Part shown: positions 46,903 to 55,764 of the stretch, piece by piece
Numbering within the stretch: position 1 is the stretch's first letter
Layout: each line of letters begins with the position of its first letter
Virus record (IMG/VR): IMGVR_UViG_3300032030_004230
From: a virus
Lineage: Duplodnaviria > Caudoviricetes
Length of the DNA stretch: 64,000 nucleotides
Direction: 5' to 3' (one strand)
Notes under the pieces: model-generated
What the model was told of the DNA's origin: nothing
Databases searched by the model: none
Seen by the model: the letters and a program-made list of their open reading frames with translations, nothing else
Translations under genes and position numbers: made by a program

Positions 46903-47745
46903 TTATTGCTTGTCGTGTGAACAAAATGGCACATCACCAAGATGCAAAGAAACACGATTAAGAGCTTCGTTTCTGCAAACATAATTTACAAGGTCATCGT
47001 AGTGTCTCTTGTACAAATGAAGTGAATCAGATGTCCAGACGATTGTGCCAGGCTTCAGTTCTGGATAGGCTTTCTTCAAGTCTTCATACATGTTCTGATA
47101 GACAAAGCAGTTCCATGCAAGGTCTGAACAAATAAGACCAAACCGAATGTCATTACTTCGCATAGTATGAACCATGTAGAGATGATTGCTACGAATAAAG
47201 AAATGACTGTACATTGTACAAATCATGTCATGCATTCCATCACGTTTGTAGTCTTTGTAAATCTCTGGACGATTGTAAACGATAAGAGCATTGCGAGTAG
47301 TTTTGTCTTTTTTCAAAACTTCAAGACAATTGTCGTACTGTGAACCGTTCTCTTCACTGAATACGCACCAACCGTAATTGCTATTGATTTGCTTCTTGTC
47401 ATCTTTTGTGCAGCAAGACTGCCAAGTAGGATTGTTTTCAATGCCTTCATGACCAATAATTGAAAGGTCCATCGATTTGTACCAATCCAATTCTGCTTTG
47501 ACGTACTTTTTTGGCGTCTGAAAGTTTTTGTCAAGATAGATGTACGGTGCATACGGGTCAAACTGCATTTTGTAAGCAAGAAGCTCTACATAAGAATTCT
47601 GGCCATCTGTCTGACTAGCATTTGCACCTGTCTCAACAAGTTCATTCATCACCAAACGATTGTAAAGTTTAAGAAGTGCCTGCTTAATCACTTCATCATT
47701 CGATCTAGAGAGCTCAACAGGCTCTTCTACTGTAAATGTTCTCAT
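46903..47745 (-). CDS. dCMP hydroxymethylase (T4 gp42-like)
   Basis: ELDWYKS, INSNYGW, QYDNC, RP..DY.RDGM.D..CT, MRSND..FG...DLAW, SLHLY.RH closely follow T4 gp42; Asp at the dCMP-specificity position. Confidence 0.85.
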   Translation of the reverse strand: MRTFTVEEPVELSRSNDEVIKQALLKLYNRLVMNELVETGANASQTDGQNSYVELLAYKMQFDPYAPYIYLDKNFQTPKKYVKAELDWYKSMDLSIIGHEGIENNPTWQSCCTKDDKKQINSNYGWCVFSEENGSQYDNCLEVLKKDKTTRNALIVYNRPEIYKDYKRDGMHDMICTMYSHFFIRSNHLYMVHTMRSNDIRFGLICSDLAWNCFVYQNMYEDLKKAYPELKPGTIVWTSDSLHLYKRHYDDLVNYVCRNEALNRVSLHLGDVPFCSHDKQ

Positions 47746-47754
47746 ATCTAAAAA

Positions 47755-48450
47755 TTAACTCCAGCTTACATTTATCTCTTTCTGCTTTTGAGGCTTTCTA
47801 CCACAGCACTTTGTCTCAGTACAGTAGCCACTTACTTCACATTTAGGAACAAACAAATTGTCACAAATGATTTTCCACTCATCTGAATAATTGGACAAAG
47901 CTTTTTTCAAGTCATTTGAGAGACTCCTAATTTCCCAATAAGCACGAGAACAAAGCCTCATGTTCATAAAATGAACAAGTGTTCGAAGATTCACTCTCCA
48001 GACCATTTTTGTTTGATATGCCAGAGGAAGAAGATTTGTCACATCTTCATTTGGAACACCTAATGCTTTAAGCGCTTTCATTCCTCTTTTGATTGCTTCA
48101 ATTGTCTCGTCCCAAGCTTCTTTTGCAAGCTCATTATTTGCTATAGAGGGAGGCGTTACAACTGGTACGCCCTTTTTCTCATAATCAATATAACGGGTAG
48201 AAGCTTGCAATCTCGTAGGCGCTCCTCCGATGTGTGTGTACAATTCGCGAATACACTTCGCTGAATAGCCGTCAAGCACTACATAGACTTCAGGAAATTC
48301 TTCTACTCTTTCATGTCCTGACACAATGCAGTCCAAAGCTCTCTTGATGTTTTTCTCAGAGTCTTTTGTGTTAGCGCCCCAACAAATTCCTGCAAACTCA
48401 CCAATCATTTGAAGCGGAGTTTTTGTTGTATAGTCTTTAATCTCAATCAT
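47755..48450 (-). CDS. thyX: Flavin-dependent thymidylate synthase
   Basis: GH..V.E, H..Q.STRY, EDV..LLP, NLR.L.HF..R..AYWEIR. Confidence 0.85.
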   Translation of the reverse strand: MIEIKDYTTKTPLQMIGEFAGICWGANTKDSEKNIKRALDCIVSGHERVEEFPEVYVVLDGYSAKCIRELYTHIGGAPTRLQASTRYIDYEKKGVPVVTPPSIANNELAKEAWDETIEAIKRGMKALKALGVPNEDVTNLLPLAYQTKMVWRVNLRTLVHFMNMRLCSRAYWEIRSLSNDLKKALSNYSDEWKIICDNLFVPKCEVSGYCTETKCCGRKPQKQKEINVSWS

Positions 48451-48465
48451 AATTAAAAAATTAAC

Positions 48466-49020
48466 TTACTTGTACCTCCAGACATTTTTGACTTTACATG
48501 TCTCAATTTTCATCATATCAAGATTTTTGAATTGAAAATTCTTTGAATTGAGAATGTCAAATATATGATCACCAGTCTCCTCATAGAGTTCTCGTACAAG
48601 TCGTCCATAGAAACCATGACCAATGATGACAACATCATCTGGACAGTCTTTTGTAATGTCTATAAGAGCATTGATCCATCGCGTGCACACATCTGACTTA
48701 CACAAGTGAACTTTTGATTTAAAAGTCTCTTCATCAATTTCCCAAAACTTTAGTCCAGACTCTGCAAGCTCACTTACATCAAATTCAGTAAGGTCAGGAA
48801 CAATTGTGTAGTCTTTTTCTGGGAAGAGCTTTTTAGCTGTTTGTTCACATCTTTTAGCTGGCGACACAAACAACTTGAAACTTTTTGGGAGATGGCAGCC
48901 AATTCTTCTTTTCCAATCATCTGCATCAAAATCAATTATGTCTTGACTATCATAGTCTTTTACAATATCACCCGTAACATTTGCAGCTGTTGGTGCGTGT
49001 CGTATGTAGAATATTCTCAT
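48466..49020 (-). CDS. Histidine phosphatase family protein
   Basis: YIRHA, SPAKRC.QTA, L.E, IGHG. Confidence 0.85.
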   Translation of the reverse strand: MRIFYIRHAPTAANVTGDIVKDYDSQDIIDFDADDWKRRIGCHLPKSFKLFVSPAKRCEQTAKKLFPEKDYTIVPDLTEFDVSELAESGLKFWEIDEETFKSKVHLCKSDVCTRWINALIDITKDCPDDVVIIGHGFYGRLVRELYEETGDHIFDILNSKNFQFKNLDMMKIETCKVKNVWRYK

Positions 49021-49025
49021 TATGA

Positions 49026-49276
49026 TTGAACGCTGCCCCAGGCTAAAGACCTGGGACATTTCAAACTGCTTACAACCTAAAAGGCTGATGTCAGTTCGTT
49101 TTCCTGCTTCATAGAACTACGTGGTTCTCCACAGGCATTTGTACTTTCGGTGGGTTCCCCGCCTACTATGTTGCTTCCAAGCTGGCTACTAACTCGCTTG
49201 CATTATTATATTAACATTTTTTTTGGTGTTGCTACATATGCCACACTAAAGATGTGGCATTTTTACGCAACACGCT
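49026..49276 (-). mobile_element. Miniature non-autonomous IS200/IS605-type element with TnpB omega-RNA-like scaffold
   Basis: Two hairpins with identical TCTTTAG loop (49238-49260, 49037-49055); internal GCCTGTGGAG..ATGAAGCAGGAA; ends in TTCAA; TTTAT just outside the left end; no tnpA/tnpB gene. Confidence 0.7.
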
Positions 49277-49506
49277 ATAAAGAACATTGGATAAATGTTG
49301 TAATATCAACTAAAGAAAGTTTGACAGATGTTGATGTAGCTTCTATAAGCGGTGTTGAAATAACTGATACTGTGTTTGTTCAGTTTGTCATGAAAAACAC
49401 AGTAAAAGGAAAGGTTTCTGGCTCAATAAAAAATGGCATTTTACATGCCTACGGTACTCTTGAAGCAAACACAGATTATTTGGTTTCTTCATTCTTCATT
49501 GCTTGA
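49252..49506 (+). pseudogene. Beta-rich ORF fragment whose 5' end abuts the mini-element
   Basis: KEHWINVV...TLEANTDYLVSSFFIA looks protein-like; no credible RBS or start. Confidence 0.3.
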
Positions 49507-49733
49507 TCTTCAAGTTTGTTGTACTTTCTAATAAGCACCATATAGTAAGGGTCACTTGCTCTGAAACATTTCAATATTCTCTGCAAGAGAAGTTGTTGTT
49601 CTTCTGTTTGAGGCTTATCCCAAGTTATTGTTGTTTCATATCCTTCATAAACTTCTCTTTCTGTTATATATATTTTTGAATATGCAGAAAAGATTGAAAA
49701 CAAAATAACAATAATCATTATAAACTTCTTCAT
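49476..49733 (-). CDS. Small protein with signal peptide
   Basis: AAGGAG RBS; MKKFIMIIVILFSIFSAYS. Confidence 0.7.
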   Translation of the reverse strand: MKKFIMIIVILFSIFSAYSKIYITEREVYEGYETTITWDKPQTEEQQLLLQRILKCFRASDPYYMVLIRKYNKLEDQAMKNEETK

Positions 49734-49850
49734 TTTATAGCTCCTTGTAGTTTGTTTTTGCAATAATAATATAATAAAAATGATAGTCGAAGTTTTAATT
49801 ATTTTGAGTGGCCGACAAAATATAAGACTTTAGACAGGGCAATTTGCGCA

Positions 49851-50198
49851 ATGGACAAAACAGTTCATAAAAAACTTACAAATCTTGGCTGGAATCTTAC
49901 AACTTGGGGAGATAGACATAAAGATGGATGGGAAGGAAAGTCATTTCCATTCATTATAGATTTTGAGTATAAAATTATTCATTTCCCAACAGTCGAAGAC
50001 TATCAAGTTCGTGAAGACGGAGCTAAAAGAGAGATCGAGCGGCCCGCAGACTTCTTAAATGGTGATGGCGAAAAGAAAAACAAAGTTGGTGAAATACTTT
50101 ATGATGCAAGATACGGAAGCGAAGACTACAAACCTGAAGAAACAAAGCATCAAAATGACAATGTAAAATATTTCCGCTCAGCATATATGTTACATTAA
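49851..50198 (+). CDS. Hypothetical protein
   Basis: 115-aa ORF followed by a hairpin terminator (50206-50226). Confidence 0.6.
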   Translation: MDKTVHKKLTNLGWNLTTWGDRHKDGWEGKSFPFIIDFEYKIIHFPTVEDYQVREDGAKREIERPADFLNGDGEKKNKVGEILYDARYGSEDYKPEETKHQNDNVKYFRSAYMLH

Positions 50199-50231
50199 AA
50201 AGAAAAAGGCAGCTCAAAGCTGCCTTATTTT

Positions 50232-50519
50232 TTATTGCTCTACAATTTCATAAGTTTCTAAGAAAATATCTGGCTTGCAGAAATAGAATTCACCACGAAC
50301 TCCGCGAATAATGAAATCGCCAATATCTGCGACATGCTTTGCTTTTCCGTCTTTCCCGTCTTCAAGAGTTTTGATGACCAAATCTCCATCATCAAGACAA
50401 ACATTTTCTCCAGCAAACTTTACAATGTCAGCAAAATTATTGCCGTTCCATTTCATAGCTGTAATGCTTACAGGCTTTTTACGCCAAACACTTTCTTCGT
50501 ACCAATAATCTGGTTCCAT
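50232..50519 (-). CDS. Conserved phage protein (RKKPV...TLE...GDFIIRG.GEFY.CKPDIF family)
   Basis: Recognisable widespread phage motif; function not known to me. Confidence 0.8.
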   Translation of the reverse strand: MEPDYWYEESVWRKKPVSITAMKWNGNNFADIVKFAGENVCLDDGDLVIKTLEDGKDGKAKHVADIGDFIIRGVRGEFYFCKPDIFLETYEIVEQ

Positions 50520-50534
50520 GTCTTTCTCCTAATC

Positions 50535-50912
50535 TCAATAAGATATGATTGCTTTTTTCATGTCAATCTCTGGGTGAGCTACTTTGAATTTATCATACGC
50601 TGCAACAGCAGCTTTGTATCGTAGTCTTGCAAGCCGAAGGCTGTCTGACGCTTTTTTCCAGTCATTTTTTGCAAATTTGTACAATTGTCTGTGTGCATAG
50701 ACACTCGGACTATTTTCTGATAATTTGCTGCATGCTCGAATATATTCAGCTTTTCTACTGAGAAGTCTTTCAGTAGCAGATTTTGCAGTGTCTTTCAATA
50801 TAAGAAATTCATTACGATAGCGATCAATGAAATTACGAAACACATCTTCAGTTGACACATAGATAAAAATGTCATCTAAACAATTGTTTGCAGCTGAAAG
50901 TATCTTTGCCAT
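50535..50912 (-). CDS. Hypothetical helical protein
   Basis: GGAGG RBS, 125 aa. Confidence 0.7.
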   Translation of the reverse strand: MAKILSAANNCLDDIFIYVSTEDVFRNFIDRYRNEFLILKDTAKSATERLLSRKAEYIRACSKLSENSPSVYAHRQLYKFAKNDWKKASDSLRLARLRYKAAVAAYDKFKVAHPEIDMKKAIISY

Positions 50913-51464
50913 TTAGCAAGCCTCCGTCTCTTTTATGAATTCCATGAGCGAAAGTTCTTTCCAGTCTGTTGAGTAAGGAAGCTCAATGTCATCGCCAATG
51001 TCGTAAAACTTTCTGTCATCTCCAAGAATTTCTCTTGCAACGTAATCTCCATCTTTGAGAATAAGCTGATAAGTATAGCCTGAGTTGCCCATAAGAAGAG
51101 AAAACCAGATAACCTCATCTTCTTGCCAGCCGTTTCTTTCAATAAGATACTCAGGAGTCCATTTAGACCATTTGCCAGATCCATGACAGTACCTGTAGAG
51201 GCTCTCTTGTGCATCTTCAGGAAGCTCATTAAAGGGCGTACCGTGTTCTTCATCACGATAGTAGTCGTATGTACCGTTTTTGATAAGATTCTCAGCATGC
51301 TCAAGAGCTTCTTTACGAGATTTTATTTTCTCTATTTTTGCACCATTGGCAATCAACCATGCCTTGAACTCGTTCAGATTTGACATTTGAAATTGTACAA
51401 CTTTTGCAAATTTGCCGAGACCGTTTCTGAGATTATTGTTTATGAAGTAGTGTTCTTTCATCAT
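50913..51464 (-). CDS. Hypothetical protein
   Basis: Start at MMKEHY just below a TATATT motif. Confidence 0.7.
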   Translation of the reverse strand: MMKEHYFINNNLRNGLGKFAKVVQFQMSNLNEFKAWLIANGAKIEKIKSRKEALEHAENLIKNGTYDYYRDEEHGTPFNELPEDAQESLYRYCHGSGKWSKWTPEYLIERNGWQEDEVIWFSLLMGNSGYTYQLILKDGDYVAREILGDDRKFYDIGDDIELPYSTDWKELSLMEFIKETEAC

Positions 51465-51517
51465 GATAATAATATAATAAGAAAAGCTCAGCAATTTTGT
51501 ACTGAACTTGTAAATTC

Positions 51518-52138
51518 CTAATAATTGAGAAGCTTTAGCTTTGTAGTTCCCTTGAATCCTTTTTGCCAGACAAACCAAGCGAACATTGCCATAGAGTTTC
51601 CTCTGCCCTCATCTTGAAATATGCCATTCTTCCCGCAATTTACTCTTTGTGCATAGGGCATTACATACAATGGAGGGTTCTCTATTAAGAACGGATATCG
51701 TTTCTTTCCTTCTAGAAATTGAATTTTTAAGAAAGCTGCTACAATAGCACCATCATCGACAGCTTCTAGTGACTTTTTCATAAAGTCTAAAGCTATGGAA
51801 TATGGTGGGTTTGTTATGATGTCAGTTTCAGAATAATGTTCTTCATTTGACAAGAAATCTTTCTGAACTGTGCCTGGCCACTTTCTGTCAACAAGATCAA
51901 TACCAAGTTTCTTGTAGTCTTCTGGCAATGAATTAAGAATGTGTCCCATTCCGCAGCAAGGGTCTAAGACTGTTCTATGAATTTTGACGCCTTCAATTTC
52001 AAGCTGCTTGAGCAGCTCTTTTACTACAAAAGGCGGTGTTGCGTAAAAGTCTTCATCTTCTCTATCTGAGTCTGTGTGATTGCTTGCAGCTAAAGAGTAT
52101 GCAAACTTCTTAGAATTTTTGTCTTTTAATGTTTCCAT
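51518..52138 (-). CDS. DNA amino-methyltransferase (N6-adenine type)
   Basis: DFYATP, LDPCCGMG, ITNPPY, AWFVW. Confidence 0.85.
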   Translation of the reverse strand: METLKDKNSKKFAYSLAASNHTDSDREDEDFYATPPFVVKELLKQLEIEGVKIHRTVLDPCCGMGHILNSLPEDYKKLGIDLVDRKWPGTVQKDFLSNEEHYSETDIITNPPYSIALDFMKKSLEAVDDGAIVAAFLKIQFLEGKKRYPFLIENPPLYVMPYAQRVNCGKNGIFQDEGRGNSMAMFAWFVWQKGFKGTTKLKLLNY

Positions 52139-52140
52139 TT

Positions 52141-52392
52141 TTAGTTACCCGAGTCAAGAAGAGAAAACATAATTTCGCTCAAGACAGTCAAAGCTTTTTC
52201 AATACTTAATTGGTGAGTTACTTTGACAGGAAGCTTTTTTAATGTAAGAAGAGACGGTCCATGCACAAGTTTCTCAGTGTCTTTACATCTCTTCTCTACG
52301 TCTTTTTTGAAGTCCTCAAAGTCTACAGTCTTGTATTTGTCTTTTCCATAGTCTTTGAGAATCTGCTCAATCATCTTTACAACTTCTTTCAT
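52141..52392 (-). CDS. Hypothetical protein
   Basis: ATGA-coupled to the clamp loader gene. Confidence 0.65.
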   Translation of the reverse strand: MKEVVKMIEQILKDYGKDKYKTVDFEDFKKDVEKRCKDTEKLVHGPSLLTLKKLPVKVTHQLSIEKALTVLSEIMFSLLDSGN

Positions 52393-53696
52393 TCTGAAAT
52401 CACCCTTCTTCTTGATGCAGGAGCTGTTGCAATAGGATCTTTTGAATGAGATGTAGACTTACACTTCTCAATAAGAGTTGTCATACCAATGATATAACGT
52501 GCTTTACTGAGGTAACCGCGAGATGCCTCATCAATTGTCAGAATCTCTTCTTTGAAAATCTCATAGTTCTTGTGAGAACAAATTGCTTTTGCCTGTCGTT
52601 CAAAGAACGAAGATGTACCTGGAACCTGGCCAAACAATCGATAAGACTCTGCATCAGCAAGAATTTTCATAATCAGTCTGAAAGTGCCCACATAGTCTGG
52701 CGTATTGAAGATTGTTTTGAAGATGTCTGCATTTGTAGAGCCATTGAGCAAATCGGGAATCATATTGTAGTACTTTCCAATAGGTACAAGTCCACAAATA
52801 GACTCGAGCTCATCTTCTGTATAAGCTCTTGTGTAAATTGCTCTCTGAAGATACTGCAGTGCAAGACGATAAGAATTCTGAGAGTTCTCTGCAATCATTT
52901 CAAGCCAAGCTTTTCTGAACTCTGCAGGCATCTTATTGTACTGAGATATGATGTCTCCTACACCAACAGCTTTTCCTTTGTTAGCGTATTCTTTTGCTTT
53001 GAGTTCAGTTGAGCTCTTATCAAATCCTCGTTTGTCAAGCTCTGCTGATTCTTTTTCAGACATCTTTGAATTCTTTGCAATCAAAGCTTTCTCATCATGC
53101 TCAGCTGCACGCTTAAATGATTCTTCCAAGAAGTTGTAGACATCTTCATTTGAAGGGAATGGGAATTTCAAATGCACGCATCGAGAAGTGATTGCATCTG
53201 CTGGGCGAGCTTCATCCATTGAAGTGAAGATATAATGAATGCCCTTACGAGGTGACTCTGTAAGCTTAAGAAGAGAGTTGATTGCTTTCTTCGACAATTC
53301 CTGGAACTCTTCAATAATGACTACTTTCGCTTTGTCTTTGAAAGGCGGTGTAGACGTAAAAGTCGAAACTTTGTCAATGACATCATCTTTTCCTGCCTGG
53401 CCACCATCAATCTGAATTGTTTCACGAGTAAATGTCTCATCGTCAATTGCTTTACAAGCAGGACATTCATTACAAGGATTGCCGTCTTCGTCAAGATGAG
53501 AACAGCTCATCATCTTTGCTGCAATTTTTGCAAGAGTAGTTTTTCCGCCGCCAAAGTGACCCTGAAACAGCATGGCAGTAGGCCAAGAATTTGATTGTGC
53601 ATAACCATAGAGCAAATTCTTTTCTTTTTCCATTCCTACAAAATCTTTCAATGTTTTTGGACGCATATTGATTGTCCACTGTACTGTTTCTGACAT
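52389..53696 (-). CDS. dnaX: Clamp loader subunit, DNA polymerase III gamma/tau-like
   Basis: RP....VG, GGGKTT, PCNECPAC, IIEEFQ, N.LLK..E.P, SRC. Confidence 0.85.
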   Translation of the reverse strand: MSETVQWTINMRPKTLKDFVGMEKEKNLLYGYAQSNSWPTAMLFQGHFGGGKTTLAKIAAKMMSCSHLDEDGNPCNECPACKAIDDETFTRETIQIDGGQAGKDDVIDKVSTFTSTPPFKDKAKVVIIEEFQELSKKAINSLLKLTESPRKGIHYIFTSMDEARPADAITSRCVHLKFPFPSNEDVYNFLEESFKRAAEHDEKALIAKNSKMSEKESAELDKRGFDKSSTELKAKEYANKGKAVGVGDIISQYNKMPAEFRKAWLEMIAENSQNSYRLALQYLQRAIYTRAYTEDELESICGLVPIGKYYNMIPDLLNGSTNADIFKTIFNTPDYVGTFRLIMKILADAESYRLFGQVPGTSSFFERQAKAICSHKNYEIFKEEILTIDEASRGYLSKARYIIGMTTLIEKCKSTSHSKDPIATAPASRRRVISE

Positions 53697-53791
53697 ATTG
53701 TTTTTCTCCTAAACATAGTAAAAATTAACATTTCAATTCTTAATTTCTGAGAACTTGTTACCTATGGTTAACAACTGTTACCTTATGATTA

Positions 53792-53813
53792 CGAATTCGT
53801 CAACTATTAATGG
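53792..53813 (-). repeat. Dispersed intergenic repeat, copy 6 (inverted)
   Basis: CGAATTCGTCAACTATTAATGG; identity to copy 1 extends through GCGAGTCGTCT; same GTTAAC-type flank. Confidence 0.9.
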
Positions 53814-53878
53814 AGACGACTCGCTTATAGGGGGGATTGGTTGAACGCTATTAATTAATTAATGTTAATTTTCTATTT

Positions 53879-54163
53879 ATGTTAAAGAAGCTGAAAATTG
53901 CTGGTTACAGTTACGATAAAGATTGGGTTTCTAAAGTTGAGGCATTTTATTATATAGAAGATGAGACATTCGGTGACAATTTTATTGGTATTCTAAAGTC
54001 TTCTAATATGTCTGATATTTATGTCATTTTGTACTATTTTGATGGAGAAACAGTTCAAGTAGAAACTTTCTGTGGAAAAGGCAAGAGTGAAGAAGAGTTC
54101 ATTAAAGAATTGTCTTCTCAGATAAATAGCACTTTGGAGAACTTGAAAAATGAAAAGAATTAG
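53879..54163 (+). CDS. Hypothetical protein
   Basis: ORF below a GTTAAT motif. Confidence 0.65.
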   Translation: MLKKLKIAGYSYDKDWVSKVEAFYYIEDETFGDNFIGILKSSNMSDIYVILYYFDGETVQVETFCGKGKSEEEFIKELSSQINSTLENLKNEKN

Positions 54164-54443
54164 AAGACTTCAGAGACGAGTGCGAATTGTTTCAATTGCT
54201 CTACTTGCTTTAGCACTTTTAGTATTTTTGGTTTGCTCTGTACTTGTATATAAAGCAAGTATTGATTCACCGCATTCTTATGAAACTCAGTATCGTAGTC
54301 TTTCAAACAATCAGAAATCAATCATAAAGTCAATGAAAAAGACGGGTGAGATAGAGTCAAAAGTCGCAGGTAAGAACAGAAATACAGGCGGCAATGGTAC
54401 TTTTATAGAAGAAGTCCAAAAGAATCATAGAAAAGATAAATAG
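54150..54443 (+). CDS. Single-pass membrane protein
   Basis: Basic N-terminus followed by a hydrophobic helix. Confidence 0.65.
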   Translation: MKRIRRLQRRVRIVSIALLALALLVFLVCSVLVYKASIDSPHSYETQYRSLSNNQKSIIKSMKKTGEIESKVAGKNRNTGGNGTFIEEVQKNHRKDK

Positions 54444-54487
54444 AACCTTATTACTGCAATCATAGTAATTGCATAAAGGAGTGAATT

Positions 54488-55165
54488 ATGAGTAGATGGA
54501 CAGGAAAATCAGATTTTTGTGACTGGTGTGAAATGCACAATAGTCCTCAGACAATTGTAGAGAAAGCTACAGTTTATATGGGACATGCAAAGCTTTCAAT
54601 AAATAAAGAAAATGATTTGCTTCCGTATTATACAAATCTTATTTCATCAATGGCTTCAAATCAAAAGAATCAGACAATTCATCTTACGCAAGACTCTTTT
54701 ATTGACATTGAAGAGAAAGAGTTTCTCTCAACAAAAGTATATTCAGCAATCAAATGGAAACGAAAAGCCGACAAAGACAAAGTTACATTCAATTATGAAT
54801 ACATTCAAGCACAGAAAGATTTTTGGACTGATGAATCAGCACTTTGGAACAAAATCATTTCAATTATGAATAAGAATCATGAAATTGCAAAAGTTCATCT
54901 TAATAAAGAGTACAGACATGCTCTTCGTTATATTGAAAAATTTTTGATTCCAGAGTACTTTCACGATGTTCATGACAGAAGACACACTCGTTATCGTGAG
55001 CAATTCGTAAAATACTGCTCAGAAAATGGCTACTGTGCATTTTCATGGAATTTTGAAACTGGTGAAGTAAGCTATCAAAATCAAGGCGAATGGCACCCGA
55101 TTTTGCGTGACATGTGTTTTGCAATTGCAGATTATCATAAAATGTGTAAGGAGTTCAGAAAATGA
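54488..55165 (+). CDS. Hypothetical phage protein
   Basis: AAGGAG RBS; MSRWTGKSDFCD N-terminus. Confidence 0.75.
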   Translation: MSRWTGKSDFCDWCEMHNSPQTIVEKATVYMGHAKLSINKENDLLPYYTNLISSMASNQKNQTIHLTQDSFIDIEEKEFLSTKVYSAIKWKRKADKDKVTFNYEYIQAQKDFWTDESALWNKIISIMNKNHEIAKVHLNKEYRHALRYIEKFLIPEYFHDVHDRRHTRYREQFVKYCSENGYCAFSWNFETGEVSYQNQGEWHPILRDMCFAIADYHKMCKEFRK

Positions 55166-55764
55166 AGTTTACTGATGCATTGGAACTATTAAAAGCTGTT
55201 CATAAAGAAGCTGAAGACATTAGCAATGTAGAGAAAGCAAACAAAGATGCAAAAGACTCATCTGACAAGTTTTTCAAAGTATTTGACAAGAAATTCTTCA
55301 ACAAACAGATTCATAGACTAAACTTGATAAATATCTTGTCAATGATTCGTCTGCCTGCATGTGTTCTCATTGTAGGTCTCACATTATACAGCATTTTTAC
55401 TCATAGTGAAGTGCTGCCTTTTGTAGTAGGCATAATATCAGTTTTGACTCTTTCTTCTATTACTGCCTCTCTTTTGCTAGAGAGAGAATATTATAAAGAT
55501 GAAACTGCTTATAGTGCAATGGAAAAAGAAGCGCTGCTACGCATGTTCTACTATTCTAATATCTTAGATGCAAGAAAATGCTACATAATTAAAAATGTGT
55601 ATGAAAAAGCTTACGAAATTCTTGAAGAGCTTTCTAAAAATCCTGAGATAGACAAAGAAATAAAAATGATCAAAGATGAGAAAGAAATAGACTTTAGCTT
55701 CCTTACTGAAGATATAAGCTTTCTAGAACAATTGGAGAAGCAGAATGAGCAGATTCAAGAGTGA
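55162..55764 (+). CDS. Membrane protein (two TM segments)
   Basis: Two hydrophobic segments; ATGA coupling. Confidence 0.7.
   Translation: MKFTDALELLKAVHKEAEDISNVEKANKDAKDSSDKFFKVFDKKFFNKQIHRLNLINILSMIRLPACVLIVGLTLYSIFTHSEVLPFVVGIISVLTLSSITASLLLEREYYKDETAYSAMEKEALLRMFYYSNILDARKCYIIKNVYEKAYEILEELSKNPEIDKEIKMIKDEKEIDFSFLTEDISFLEQLEKQNEQIQE

Noticed and set aside
46903-47745. Ordinary thymidylate synthase ThyA
   Set aside because: Motifs follow T4 gp42, Asp replaces the dUMP-specific Asn, and ThyX is adjacent.
22775-53813. TTGACG in the repeat core as a sigma70 -35 box
   Set aside because: No consistent -10 hexamer 16-18 nt downstream across copies.
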